Positions 12,192 to 25,421 are shown, counted from the stretch's first letter. The stretch is 64,000 nt of DNA from Tricharina praecox (GCF_024521635.1 NW_026250419.1:310001-374000), one strand, 5' to 3'. Made by a program: numbers and translations. The notes: generated from the sequence alone by a model not told the origin.

Positions 12192-13400
12192 ATGGTGCTC
12201 TCTTCGGCCACGACCGAAGACTCGAACTTCGGCTCCTCCGATAGCGATGATGCATACAACACCAGCTCGAGCGCGTACCCTCCGCACCCACCGATCACTC
12301 GAATTCTCGGGCTCTCCTCCGGGACCTTCTCGGACGCGGCGAAGGAGCGGTTCATCCAGCTGCAGCTCGCCGTAGCAGAGCGCGAGTTCGGCTTCCGGCC
12401 GTCAGCGGTGGAGCACGAGGGGCTCGCATACTACAACGCAGTCTTCTACGCGGCGGAGTCAAAAGGCTCGTTGTATGGGACGCTCGCGGGCGGGGCGATC
12501 GGCGCGCTGATGACGCGGCGGCAGCGCAACGTCGGCTTCCTCTTCCGCGGCATTGGCAATCGGCTAGGTGTCCAGCCCAAGTGGCAGCTCCTGGCTAGCA
12601 GGCTGACGAATTTTGCGTTTATTACGGCGGTTGGACGCCTCTGGGGGATCACGAGTTATGGTGTGCAGGCGTTTAATCAGACTGCGAAGATGCAGAGAGA
12701 GGATCCCAATATGAAACGGTACCTTGAGGCGAGGGATCGCTGGCTGGCGCAGAGGCAGAAGGAGGGGAGGGCGGGGGTTACGAGGGCCGTCATGCAGGTC
12801 GGCCAGGAGGCGCAGAGGGCGAGGGAGCGGCAGCAGCAGGACGAAGGGGATCCGCAGAGTCTCGGCGGGGTGGACTTCTACGAGGATAGGAAGCCGGCGG
12901 ATGGTAGTGCCAGCGGCGTGGTGGAAGATAGCGGCGAGACTAGGAGGATCAGCATGGAGGCGAAAGTGGGCGCGCGCAGGAAGAGGGAGGCGGATGCGGA
13001 AAACGTCAGGCAGCGCGCGAATGAACGGCACACCGATGATGATCCGTTCTTTGGCGATTCCGAGCAGACGCAGTCGGATGACTCCCGGGTTGTCAGGGCG
13101 AGGCAGAATAACAACTCTCAGGGCGGATCGGCGTGGGATCGCCTGCGCCGTGGTGAGCAGGGTGATGCCGCCAACAGGGACGATTCCACTGCTTCCGCGT
13201 GGCCGAGGAGATCGGCCATGAAGGGGTTTGAGCAGTCGGAGGCGAAGGAGGACTCGTTCTCGTTCAGTACGGGAGACCGCGAGAGGGCGAAGGAGGAGGC
13301 GCAGAGGTTGTTCGACGAGAGGGTTGAGAAGGAACGGCGTGGCGAGGGGAGGGATGGATTCGCCAAAGAGGTGAATCATAACAGGGAAGGCAGGCAGTGA
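12192..13400 (+). CDS. Hypothetical fungal protein with two hydrophobic segments and an acidic C-terminus
   Basis: 402-aa single-exon ORF with coding-like composition; SAWDRLR and AQRLFDERVEKER motifs. Confidence 0.7.
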   Translation: MVLSSATTEDSNFGSSDSDDAYNTSSSAYPPHPPITRILGLSSGTFSDAAKERFIQLQLAVAEREFGFRPSAVEHEGLAYYNAVFYAAESKGSLYGTLAGGAIGALMTRRQRNVGFLFRGIGNRLGVQPKWQLLASRLTNFAFITAVGRLWGITSYGVQAFNQTAKMQREDPNMKRYLEARDRWLAQRQKEGRAGVTRAVMQVGQEAQRARERQQQDEGDPQSLGGVDFYEDRKPADGSASGVVEDSGETRRISMEAKVGARRKREADAENVRQRANERHTDDDPFFGDSEQTQSDDSRVVRARQNNNSQGGSAWDRLRRGEQGDAANRDDSTASAWPRRSAMKGFEQSEAKEDSFSFSTGDRERAKEEAQRLFDERVEKERRGEGRDGFAKEVNHNREGRQ

Positions 13401-13790
13401 TGGACCGCATCTCTTACATGTAGAGTAAACTGTATTTTAGTTAACGAAACTGTACTTAAGTTTGTGTATCGGGGAGACAAATATCGTGAGCCATGGATGC
13501 TGATGAAAGGCTAAAGGATTAGTGAAAGCACGCCAGCCATAGTTTCCTTCAAAAGATGCCTCGGGACCAGCCCTTCGAAGTGATTTATATTCAACTCGAA
13601 CCAACCGATGTGAGAACCCATGATGACGTGCGTGCGGCTCCTTCGTAGAGTACTTCCACCCGTTGCTACAAATCCCTGCACACACGTCTTCCACGCTAGA
13701 CACCTTCCACCACGCGTTTTCGGATTTAACTCTCCCACCTTTACCTTTGACAACTCTCGTTCAGTTGTCTCTGTCTCGACTCCTCGAACG

Positions 13791-16020
13791 ATGACCCCGC
13801 GGATCTTCCCACCAATACCGATCCCCAGCAGCACGGATGCCGACCTCCTCCCGTCGGACATAATCTGCTTTGGCAGCGACGATGAATGCGATGAGGGTGC
13901 ACGGGACCGCCGCATCGTCATGATTGCTGAGAACTATCTGCGCGGCTATGGCGTGTACATGCACTCTGCGGTACTTAAGGGGCCCGTCGAGAAGAGTCCG
14001 TGGAGGGGGATGGAGAGGAAGAGGAAGAGGGAGAGGGAGTACCTCGGTGCTGCAGGTGAATGTAGCGCCGAAGAAGATGGAGAAACAGGAGGACCCCAGG
14101 ATCGTAGACTATTTTGCGAAGGCGAAGGTTGGGACTGGGAAGAGCGCGGAGAAGAGGGTGGGAACTACTACTACTACTACAATGGCAACCACAACTGCAA
14201 CTACAATGGCAACTACAACTACAGAACCCTCCTCCTCTTCCGGCTCCCCCAACTCCTCCGGTCCCTCCTCCGACTCACTACCACTCCCTCGAAACCTGCA
14301 GCCCGACCCGGCGCCCACCCAGCAGCTCCCAATACCCGTCAACATCACCGTCGACATCCGGATCGCCTCCTCGCCGCCTCCGTCGTCGCAACCTCGACGC
14401 AAACGAAAGCTCGAGGTCGAGATTGGAAACGGTCAGGAGAAGGAGGAGACGGAGAAGGAGACCAAGAAATATACCCCCATGATTATCGACTGGAAAAAGA
14501 AGCGGCCCAAGATCGATTTTGCCGCGCTCAGTCCGGTGGTCGCGAAGCGCCGTCGTAAGGAGAGTGACAAGAACAAGGACAGTGGGGCCGCGGGGAGGAG
14601 GAGTAGGAGCAGGAGGGTCACTGCTAGTGGCGAGAGGGAGATGCAAACGGAGGCGGGGGAGAAGGTCAAGGGAAAGGCTGGTGCGAAACGGAAGGAGACT
14701 CCTATAGAGGAGACGAAGGGAAAGGCTAGTGCGAAACGGAAGCAGACGCCTATGGACGAGACGATACATGTTGCCATGAATGCGGGGGAAGCAGGTCCTT
14801 CCGGGAGTGCGGATAAGGAGAAGAGGAGAGGAAGCAGAGGAGTCAGCGGTGGTGTCAATTCGCCGGACAGATCAGCACAAGCTACAGAAGAGAAGGAGAC
14901 GACGGTGGAGAAGGCCGCTGTCGGCAAACCGGCGGAACCGGAGGAGGAAAAGGCGCTACAGGCCTCCGCCCGGAATGCCGAAGGTGTCGACAATGGCGGG
15001 GAGAAGATGAGGACCGGGAGCGGGATTGGCATCTCCACACCTGCGAGGAAATCCACATCACCTTCCGTGGAGGATACAATCCAAGTAGCCTCGGTCTCAA
15101 GGAAATCATCACCGTCGAAGCCCGTTACCACCAACTCCCCCTCGAAGTCCCCGGAGCCTGCTACCTCGACAAACCCCCACGTAACACTCACCCATCCAGT
15201 GCAACCCACACCGCACCGAACCTCGAGCGAAACCCGCGAAACCGAAGAAATCTGCAGCCAAGTGATCAGCAACTACATCCAGCACATGGCGGCGCCACCA
15301 GAGACGCCTTATACATGGCAATCGACGCAGGCACAGCTGCTCGCCGCACAGGACGGCTTCTTCAACGCGATGGCCGACTCGCCGATCCGCTTCGATTACA
15401 CCACTCCCGAGGGCCGAAAGAAATCCCAGCTGAACAACAGTGCCACTCCAGACCTGTCATGGGGGATCCTACCATCAACCATGGCACACCCACCACTCCA
15501 GGTCGCACCCTCAACAATCGGCAAACCACCGCCCAGCACCTCCCCCTGGACAGCCTCTAAACCCCCACCACCTGCACCCGCACCCAAAACCCCAGGCGAC
15601 TTTCTACAAGACACTCCAGTCATCCGACCTCCGCCCCTACCCGCCACACCACTAAGCAACGGCTTCACCCTCTCCGCCCCGTCAACCAGCGAACTGACGC
15701 CCTTCGGCGCCTTCGCCACGCCCGCCTCCCTCCCCTCCTCCGCCTCGCAATCCCGCTGCGGCCAGCCCGCGCAGCCCCTGCTAAGCCTGAGCTTTGAAAA
15801 CTCCCCCGAGAACATCAACTCGCCAAGCCCTAGCGGCCTCAGCGGCCCCAGCTCGCCGTCCCCCGACGACTCGGTCCACGAGATGATGGGCATCATGGGC
15901 AGCGGCGTGTGGGACATCGATGAAGAGCTGAGGAAGATGGCGGGGAGCTCGACACCTACCTCTACTACGGGGAACAAGAAGAGGAGGCCGAGGCAGAGGC
16001 AGAAGGTGAGCGGAAAGTGA
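13791..16020 (+). CDS. Hypothetical low-complexity, probably nuclear protein; reading frame changes near 14010-14060
   Basis: N-terminal part (AENYLRGYGVYMHSAVLKGPVEKSPWRG) lies in one frame and the K/E/S/P-rich body ending GSGVWDIDEELRK...KKRRPR in another. Confidence 0.6.
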
Positions 16021-17094
16021 CGAGGTGATGCGTTTGATGATGCGTGCGTTTTCCTTTTCCTTTTCCTTTTCCTTTTCTCTTTTCCTTTTGATCAGATCAG
16101 GCGGTGGCGGCGGCGTTCGGGCTTGCTTTTAGAAAATTCATCTTTTTTTGTACATACAGCAATCAATAGAGGGAGGAGGGGTAAGTGGGGTACATGTGTG
16201 TAGTAGTAGATTTTCTGTACTTTTATTGGCGGGGTTTAAGGGGAGTGGATCATAAAGGATGGGATGGGATACCTACCAACGCGGGAAGAAATTCGGGTTG
16301 GTATGGTACACGGTGAAATAAGCAGTACTATATCATGTTACCTCGACCTTGAGAACAAAGACAGCCGATAACTGCCACGAGACGAGGAGAGGATCGCGAG
16401 AGAGCAGACCCCCACAATTCGCTGGTCACTTCTCGGAACGGAACGACGGAACGGGCCAACTCCGCGAACTCCGACTTTACCAGTCGTGTTCTGTGCGAGA
16501 AGGTGAGAGTGATATTCGTGACCCAACTACCACCGTAACCACTACCGCCGCTACCACCACCACCCCGCCGCCACGACCACCACTATGCCATGACCACCCC
16601 CACCACGACTACCAAGTTCCAACGACATGCCATGCGGAAAGCTTGCCACAACCAGCTAGGTAGATAATCAATCCCCAAGACCCAAGACCCAAGACCCAAT
16701 CCCCAAGACCCCAACTTCCCAAGACACTCGGCAAGGCACTCAGCGGCCGCCGAGGGCTTGCACTGTTGTATTGTACATAACCCCAAGACTCTCCGCTCGG
16801 CGCCGAGGGCTTGTCCACAACTGCAAGACTCCGCCGAGGTCTTGTAACGCCAGCTTGTAACCAGCCAAGAAGCATTAGATACATACTCAATTACTCGCTG
16901 TGCGCACGGCTCAGAAATCCACCAAGAGTTCCGCCGCGCCGTTTGGTATAATATGATATGTATGCCCCTAAATTCTCTCGCTTGCTCGCTCGCTGAGGTA
17001 GGTGCCCCCCGTTCCTCCCATCTATGATATAACCAACCAACCAGCCAACCAACCAACCGGACCCCGGGATAAAGTATCTACATTAAATAGGTAG

Positions 17095-17232
17095 AAGAAG
17101 AGAAGAGAACAGAAGAGAACAGAAGAGAACAGAAAGAGAACAGAAAGAGAACATAAAGAGAACAGAAGAAGAAAAGTGAAAAAGTGAAAAGAAGAAGAAA
17201 AGTGAAAAAGTGAAAAGAAGAGAAAGAAGAGA
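17095..17232. repeat. Purine-rich AGAAGAGAAC / AAAAGTG imperfect repeats
   Basis: Seen directly downstream of the GT34 stop codon. Confidence 0.8.
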
Positions 17233-17418
17233 ATACCCCAGGTACTTGATAGGTAGAAATGCACAAAGTAGGTAGGTAGGTATGAAGATGAAGAGTGCAT
17301 GCAATGGATGAATTGAAATACCCAGTGCCAGTGCCAGTGATAACGAAATGAAATACAAAGCTCTCGTAAAATTATGTACCAGAATCGAACTCCCCCCCTC
17401 CCCCCCTCCCATCAACAA

Positions 17419-19025
17419 CTAATTGGACGGCGGCGCGGCCTTGCTGAGCGGAGTAAGCGGCGTCAGCGGCGTCCGCAGTGCCATGAACTCCTTCCACTGC
17501 TCGTTGCACGTGTTCTCGACCCAGCAGCCGGCGAAATGTATCACGAGCTGTCCCTTCTCCCAGCTCATGATGGGGACATTCCTGAGCGGGTACGAGTTGA
17601 TGAGGGTTTGCGGGAACAGCGCCATGTGCTCGCGGACCACTTCATGTTCCTTGATCAGATGCATCTACAACGCAGTCATCCGTTAGCCACCCGGTTCGTG
17701 CCTGGATTACGTACAGGGGAAGCAAACACATACCATAGCATCCTGCTCCTGCGCGATCCAGTTCTCGCGGACAAACATGGGATCGGACCACATGTCGACG
17801 AACATGCGGGTGAACTCGCTCCGGCGGATCAGGAAGCTCCCCGCGTTCACGCCGTTCGGGTCCTGCGAGACGATCAGATCGACGTTGTTGGGGTTGATGG
17901 TCTTGAGCGTCCTGGAGCCGGAAAGGCCTCCGCCGGACCTGTTCATCTCGACGTCCAATTGGGCATTTTTCAAGATCGCTTCGTGGGAGAGGAGATGGCT
18001 CCGCAGGTCTATGTCCGGTGTCATAATGATTGCATCCAGATCCAGCCACCAGATCCATTTTGCCTGCGGATACAGGTTGAAAGTCTCGACGATGGCCGGA
18101 AGCTTGGCCCATACCGGGTGTGCGCTGCCGATGTCGTACTTGGAGATGTTGAGGAACTGATAGTGGTAGCCGTGGCGATCGGCGTATTCCTGGCGGTTGG
18201 GCGTGATGTCTTCGAGGATGTTCTCGATTCCGCCGTTGTGACCTTTACCGTCCGATGCGGCGAGCAGGACGATCTCGTCCGGCTTGGGGCCGTCGGGGGT
18301 GTGCACCATGTCCGCTGGGACCGAGAAGCTCCCAAGGCGAACCTTGATCTTCTTGTATTCGGCCAAAGCTTTCTGCTGAGCCTCCTATTCACGGGACACC
18401 TCTGGTGAGCAACCGAAATTGAATCATTTCCATTCCCGGAGGAGAGAGAAAAAAAAGGTGAAACAAACCTCCTTCTTCCGCTTGGACTCGGCAGCCTCCT
18501 TCTTCTTCCTCTCTTCTTCCTTCTTCTTCGCCTCCTGTTCTATCCGCTTCTTCTCTTCGGCCGACAGCATGTTGGGAGTTCCGGGCACATTGCCGGGCTG
18601 CAACACCGAGTTCGCCGCCAGTTGCTGGTGAGCGCCCTGGAGGCTCTCGTCCACCTCGCCCACCACCGCGTCCACCACCACGTCCACCGGCCCCTTTCCT
18701 CCTCCTCCTCCTCCTCCTCCTCCTGCCCCTCCAGCGACATTCGGGTTGAGTGATGTCGCATACGAACTCGACGAGAATTGTGAGAACGAGAAGTAACAGA
18801 GTGCGAGCGCGACCACGGCCAGTACCGCGAATCTGTTTCGTTGTGCCCCGTCAGTTTACTGCTACGTACGACAAGGCTGTGCTCGGAACTCTCTCTCCCT
18901 CCCTCCATCCCAAGGGATGAGAGTAGTGGATGCAGGGCGGCGGCGGCGGCGGGGAATGCGAAGGTACGGACATGAAGGGGGGAGGGGGGAGGAGGGGCGG
19001 CAAACTTTGTTATTAACCGTGACAT
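17419..19025 (-). CDS. Glycosyltransferase family 34 (GMA12/MNN10-like galactosyl/mannosyltransferase)
   Basis: Type II anchor FAVLAVVALALCYF; NRQEYADRHGY, WAKLPAI, WIWWLDLDAII (DxD), NAGSFLIR, EQDA, IHFAGCW; first exon uncertain. Confidence 0.9.
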
Positions 19026-21850
19026 TATTAGCGATTAGGTATATATACGGCCGAAGCGCAACGTGGACAATGCGTTGTAGATATGCGTAGGTAGTCCAAC
19101 CTTCCCCTACGCTGCCGATGGTTGGAGGGAGGAGTGCGTGATGCTTGATGAACGAGTCCTTTTTGTCTAGCTGGAGCGAGCGTGGAGTCCGATCGTATGT
19201 ATTACGGCCGTGTCGTGCATGTAGGGAGAGTGTAGGGCGAAGGCCGGAGTCGGGCCGGACGAAGGTGATATATAAAAATGGAAGCTAGGATGGTGGTAGT
19301 GGTATGTGGTAGTGGTGGTGGGTGGCAGTGGGTTGGTGTGGAGGCGGCGTGTATGTAATGTGGTGTGGAGGGCGAAGGGGTCTAGAAGAAACACTGCTGG
19401 CCCTTTGTTCGGTTGGCAAGCAGAGACTCTCGGATACGAACGGGGTTCACAGCTACTGGTGACTAGCGGGAGGGAAGGCCAAATAAAATAACACAAACTG
19501 TTACTTTTTGGTTATCCAGGTTCTCTGCTGCAGGAGAGGCAGGCAGCCGGCCCTTAAGAGTGCCTAGCACCCGATGGTAGGAGATTTGTGGCCTTGCCAC
19601 AAACACGCAGGCAGAAGCGCTAGCGCCTCGGTCTGTGCCTGCTCCCCCTTGGCGGCAATAATGCCATGATATCGAGGTGCAGTGTGCAGTGTGCAGAATG
19701 CTGAGGTGAGGTACAATACCGTGTTTACCAAGCCACTCAAGGGGCACCGGCACAGCCCGGTATCCGTCGTATAGCACATATCTGCAATCATAGCTACCCG
19801 TATGATGCTTCCTTGCTTGGGGCTTCGTGGTCGTATCCATCATGTCGTGGGGTGTCGTCGTACACACTATCCCCAACCCCGCAGACCGGTCGCGCTGTTC
19901 GCTTGTGTTTCGCCCTTTTCTTCGCTTGTCTATCGTCCTTTTCCTGCCCTTTTCTTCTTCGTCGTGGGACCTGCCACGTCCGGCGGAATACAGCCCGATT
20001 GTGGTGACAACCTCCGAGTCACCCGGTCTTCAGGAGAAGTGAGTAAATCCAATGCCGAGCCAGCTGCTGGCCGCTAAGCACTGCGTTGCCGATGAGCACG
20101 TGAGCATCTGGTGGATACATACTTTTTGATTACTTCTCTGCCTACATACTCAGCCATGTTCGGGCGAAAGCGCCTGGGAATCATGATGCCGGTAGGGGGT
20201 CAAGAGGACGCACATAAAGAGATAATTAGCCACAGTATGCAGTGGCGAGATTAAAAGGCAAGGCACGGTAGCTGCCATTCGTCGTTCCAATCATCGAGTC
20301 GTACATCCCGGGGGTGATTGTCGGGGATTCGAAACGAGAGCGAGCGAGAACACACAACGAAAGGGGAGGTTAGATAAACACATCCGAATCCGAAGCAAGT
20401 GCTGACGGAGCGTGTGACACAGCACATGACGACTTCACCGGACGGTTATGTATGTATGCGAGTAGAGTACAACGCGCGTATGCAATCGTGCTTTCTCTCG
20501 GTCCGCCAAACTCCTCCCTGCTCTGCAATATCTACCTACCTGGGTTCGCATTCCTCATGCCAGTGTGGTCTCTTCGCTACGAACCGTGGGCCGGTTGCAT
20601 TCCGTTGGCTGCGTCTGTCGCGTTTCGACTTGGCGTTTGTTTCGTACTCTGAATACCCATAGTACAGAAGTATCTGCTCAGAGCGGCCGGACTTATTCCC
20701 ACTCCCGAGTACCGGTATGTCTAGCCACCACAGGTCCACAACTTCCTGCCAGGCCTCCAGATCTTTTCACGACCCCATAGGCCACTTTCGATACGACGAT
20801 GCAGGCCATCGGGAAGACCTGGACATCCTGCGTCAACTCGTCGTACGATTGCGCGACTTCCGGGTGGTAGCTATGCATTCTATGTAGGCAGAGTGTCGAA
20901 AACATAATTGCTGGCGCATGTCGTGTCACTCGCACATTCCGCTGTCAAACAACACCTGCAACATTCCGTCGATATCGCAAATAAAACAGGAAGATCTCTC
21001 TCTCTCCGTCACATCGTGGCAATAGAGCTTTATCTCTTCCCCCACGGAGCTGTAGGAAAGGTCGAGTCCACGGGCTCGATGACCGACCTGTAAACCCAAC
21101 CCAACCAGGTCCGTTACACGGCGCGGTATGTATCTCCCATACCCCTCCGCCGTCTATCTATATCCTCGCTCCTCGACACCTCACTCGACCACTCGGCCGG
21201 AATAGTAGGATGCGAAGACCACAAGGGTAGGTGGTCCACCGGAACCGGTCAAACAGTTTGAGCCGACGGGATCCGCGCTTTGTGGCCGTAGGCCCGTAGG
21301 TAATATAGTAAGGTTTGTTCCATTCGGTTGGCGGTTCGGTGACCGTGTTTCTCGGCTCCGTTTTTTCGTGTGGGCGTTCACCGACCCGGACGGCTGGGTC
21401 GATGCGCCGGACTAGGCGGTGCAGCTATCCTATATACATACTCAAATCGTCAGCAGTGAGGCGGCCCGGTGAGTACATAGCTGGGTGATTTGCGTCCCGG
21501 TGGGTAGATAGCAGGGTGGTTTGCATCTCGGATGGCTGGCTGGCTTGTCAGCTCGTCTAGATGGTCCAATGAGTTCATCAATCTGGCCGATTTACCGAAC
21601 CGGTGCTAGTGAGTAGAGTTCCTCCAGGAGCAATGTCACGCTTGCTAGAAATTGGGTTAACTTCACATTTTGATGGCATCAATTCAGTAGGGCGTAGAAT
21701 ACAAGGCTCTCAAGTTCATTTGTAATGGCCAGCAGAGTCAGTAACAACAGCGACGTAGGCTGTAACAGGCGTAAAAAAAACAATAGTGGAGGACCCAATC
21801 ATGAAGGTAAGAAATGCTCATGCGCCGCCCACCCCAATGAAACGCACAAA

Positions 21851-23804
21851 TCAAGTTGCCGCCGCCGCCGGAGGAGGAGGAGGAGCACCAGCACTCTGAC
21901 CATTGCCCGCAGGACCTCCTGCCATACCTCCCCTAGGACCACCATCTCCTCTTCCGCCCCTTCCGCCGAACGGCTGACCTCTGCCACCGCGGTGTCCTCC
22001 GCGATGTCCTCCTCTTCCGAATGGTGGTCCGTGAACTCCAGCAGCGGGACCAGTGGGAGGAGTCGGGCTGGCGGGAACCTGTGGTGAGGCCGGAGCAGAG
22101 TTTCCTACTGCCATCATTCCTCCCCTGTGACCTCTCGGCCCTCTGTGTCTGCCTCCCCTCGGTCCGGTAGGTGTAGTGGGCGTGGTCGTTGCCGGGCCCT
22201 GCGGAATGCTTGTGTTGAGAGGGGCAAGAACAGGAGCAGAGGGACTGGCATTGACGCTGGAATTGCCAGAGGAGGTTTCACCCAGCGTGGATTCACGCTT
22301 CACTAGCATCGCCGCGGGGCTACCAGGGGCAAGGCCTGAGCTCTGGCTCCCGAGGATAGCGATCGGAGTTGAAGGTGCACTAGTACTGGTATTGGAAACG
22401 TTGGATTCTTCGCGCTCCAGCTTTGCAGCCCGTCGTTCGCGCCTAGAAGGGCGTTCGCGGGGCCTCTGCTGTGAACGGGAAGGCGAATCTGGAAGTTGCT
22501 GTGGTGTCCTGGGGGTAGTGGGCTCGGATCCAGTCACCGATGGTCCAAATGATGGGGTTGTAGGTGTTGTAACGAAAAGGGTCACGGGAGTAGTGGGAGT
22601 CGTCGAGGTTGGAGTCGCGGGCTCTGAGGGTGGAGCAGCCCTTCCGCGAGTACGCCGACCGCTGGCTGCCGTACCAATTCCCAGATCACGCTGAAGAATT
22701 GCAGCGACACCAGACATACCACCGCGCCGACGCTCGCGCTCTCTACGTCTGCCCTTTTCCCCAGTCTCTGGCTCCGGCGTGACTCCCTTTTCATCCGATT
22801 TCTGCGCAGCTTGGTTAGACGGACCTCTGGGCGCAGATGATGATACCGACGATGCCGCAATGTTCGACGCACCCTGCCGGACAAGACGGCTCGGACCCGA
22901 ATCGGCTCGCTTCAAAAGCGCCAGAGGCTCGATTGCTTTCGAGCCATCTAGCTTCTCCTTCTCCTTCCCCTTTAGCTTCGCCTTCTCCCTCGCCCGGCGG
23001 TCCCTCTTAGGGCGGCCGCTATCGGAGGGCGCTTTCTCGGTAGCCTTGCTCTTTGCCTTGTCTCCTGGTGAAGCCTTTTGACTGCGGATAAACTCAATGA
23101 GGGGTGTGGTCTTCGGCTTCTCATACGGCTCATTCGTGGGCAACGGAACCGAGAGCGGGTCGTTGGCCGGGATGGAAGCAGGTGCATTTGCGTCGAGTGT
23201 AGGCGGGATTGCGCCCTCTGCCCCCCCCTCCGCGCCGGCAGAAGCTGCAGTAGGGTTTAGTAATGCGAGGAAAGCTTGAAAATCGGGGTCGGATTCGATC
23301 GTCCCAGCCCTAGTATCGACGCGCTGGACCTTCTTTGGAGCCTTTTGGAATGGCGAGAACTCCATTTGGGGCAACGATGAGTTTCCCTTGCTGTCCGTGA
23401 AAATGCCATGCGCTCGGATGGCATTGTTAAGAGCTGCGACTTGCATCGGATCCTTCATCTTGATATAGCATCGCGATGGTGTCGGAGCTTTGTTACGACT
23501 GCGCAAAATAGCTCATCAGCTATGCTTTGCGTGAGTAAAGTACAGTGGAGAACACAAACTCTTCCGGGATTTTGCCCTGGTTCCAGCTGAAGAAGTCGCA
23601 AGTGTCGTCGTTGACGTAGTTGCTCATTACACCGCGGAATTCGGATTCCTTGAGTAGACTGGGAAGGTGGCGGATCACAACCTTCAGGCGAACGGTGGGT
23701 TGTTGGCCATTGCCGGTGCTGCTGCTTTCCTTGTCCTTGCTGTGTCTTCCACCTCTCGGTCGTATTCTCGTCGGCGTGGCTTGAGCGGGCGCTGAAGACG
23801 CCAT
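21851..23804 (-). CDS. UPF3: Nonsense-mediated decay factor Upf3
   Basis: RLKVVIRHLPSLL, QGKI, PSRCYI, FTDSKG, EFSPFQK, GTIESDPDFQAFL and KTTPLIEFIR match the Smg4/UPF3 domain; one intron about 23560-23499; RGG-rich tail. Confidence 0.88.
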
Positions 23805-24329
23805 TGCTATGAGCAGTTCGAAGTTTGCGTGAAGGGAAGGTATCGGGGTCGCAGAGTGAGAGGCAGGGTTGTGTGTAAGGTAGTGGAGGTGGGAGAGTGG
23901 TTGTTGTATGTTTGCGGCTTAGTCAAGTTTAGAGGAAGAAGTTGATATCATCATCCCCCGCGCTTGGGCTGAACGTTCTATCGAGTCCAACCTATTCTAC
24001 AACAATAGCAACGACAACGACACTACGACCCAACTATCGCAACCGAGCATCGCCACCAGAAGCAATCATCACCACAGTCCGCTCCAGTCGATCCTCTCTG
24101 CCACCACTTCTCAACTCACACGAAACACCCCCACCTGTCTCCCGCGAGACTCACCCCCCCAAAATCAGCAATCATATCCCTCAAACAGCTCCTCCCATCT
24201 TTCCTTCCTCGTTCCTCTACCTCGGAGTCCTCATCCTACTCCTCCGCCTACGCCTCGAAATCCGATATCTCATCATCGCTCTCATCACTCAATAACTTCA
24301 CCGTTGCCGCGCGCGCTGCCCCGAAGAAG

Positions 24330-25421
24330 ATGAGCATTGGCGACATGGGAGGGCCTGCACCCTCAAATTGTGGTGGACCCGACGAATGGCTGGAGATGGC
24401 AAAGAAATGCAAATACCTAAGCGAAGGCGACATGAAGCGGTTATGCGAGCTGGTGAAGGAGTGTCTGATGGAGGGTTTGCTCTCCCGAGAACCCTACAGC
24501 AGCCGCTGCTGTTGAGGCTGGCTAGTACTCACTCGTTCTGCGGTTACCCAGAATCCAACATCCAGCCAGTTTCGACGCCCGTCACCGTTTGCGGCGATAT
24601 CCACGGCCAGTTCTACGACCTACTAGAGCTCTTCCGCGTCGGTGGCGGCATGCCCGATAAGATAAACTACGTTTTCCTCGGCGACTTTGTGGACCGCGGG
24701 TACTTCTCCCTCGAGACGTTTACGCTGCTCATGTGCCTCAAGGCGAAGTATCCCGAACGCATCACGCTCGTGCGCGGCAACCACGAGAGTAGGCAAATCA
24801 CACAGGTGTATGGGTTCTACGAGGAGTGCCAGAACAAATACGGCAACGCGAGCGTCTGGAAGAGCTGCTGTCAAGTGTTCGACTTCCTTGCACTAGCCGC
24901 CATCATCGATGGAAGCGTGCTATGTGTTCATGGAGGCCTGAGCCCCGAGATAAGAACTTTGGATCAGATTCGAGTTGTCGCGCGTGCACAAGAGATCCCG
25001 CACGAGGGTGCGTTCTGTGATCTTGTGTGGAGCGATCCAGAGGATGTCGAGACATGGAATGTGTCACCGAGAGGAGCAGGCTGGTTGTTCGGTGACAAGG
25101 TCGCCACAGAGTTTAACCATGTCAACGGCCTGTCTCTGATAGCAAGGGCGCATCAACTTGTCAACGAGGGCTACAAGGTAGCTACCCCATGATGTTGTCG
25201 TGCAAGCTCGTAGGGCTAATACTGCGTAGTATCATTTCAAAAACAAGGACGTCGTGACCGTGTGGTCGGCACCAAACTATTGCTACCGCTGCGGAAACGT
25301 TGCTAGCATCATGCAACTGGAAGAGGACCTGACGCCACGGTTCACGATCTTCCAGGCCGTACCAGATGATCAGCGGATGGTGCCACAGGGACGGACTGGA
25401 AGGAGCGAGTATTTCTTGTAG
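24330..25421 (+). CDS. SIT4: PP6/SIT4-type Ser/Thr protein phosphatase catalytic subunit, 3 exons
   Basis: GDIHG, GDFVDRG and RGNHE motifs, PDEWLE N-terminus, [22 protein letters not shown]-terminal YFL. Confidence 0.93.

Noticed and set aside
13500..13530. CTGATGA...GAAA hammerhead-like core
   Set aside because: Extra bases before stem II and no stems I and III
17374..18408. 344-aa plus-strand ORF (similarly 51601-52446, 12564-13379, 14433-15272, 56271-57002)
   Set aside because: Antisense shadows of GC-rich real genes on the opposite strand
20318..20340. TTCGAATCCCC T-loop-like sequence on the minus strand
   Set aside because: No tRNA cloverleaf or A box around it
20693..20935. 80-aa minus-strand ORF with protein-like composition
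   Set aside because: No recognisable domain or splice context, so it cannot be supported
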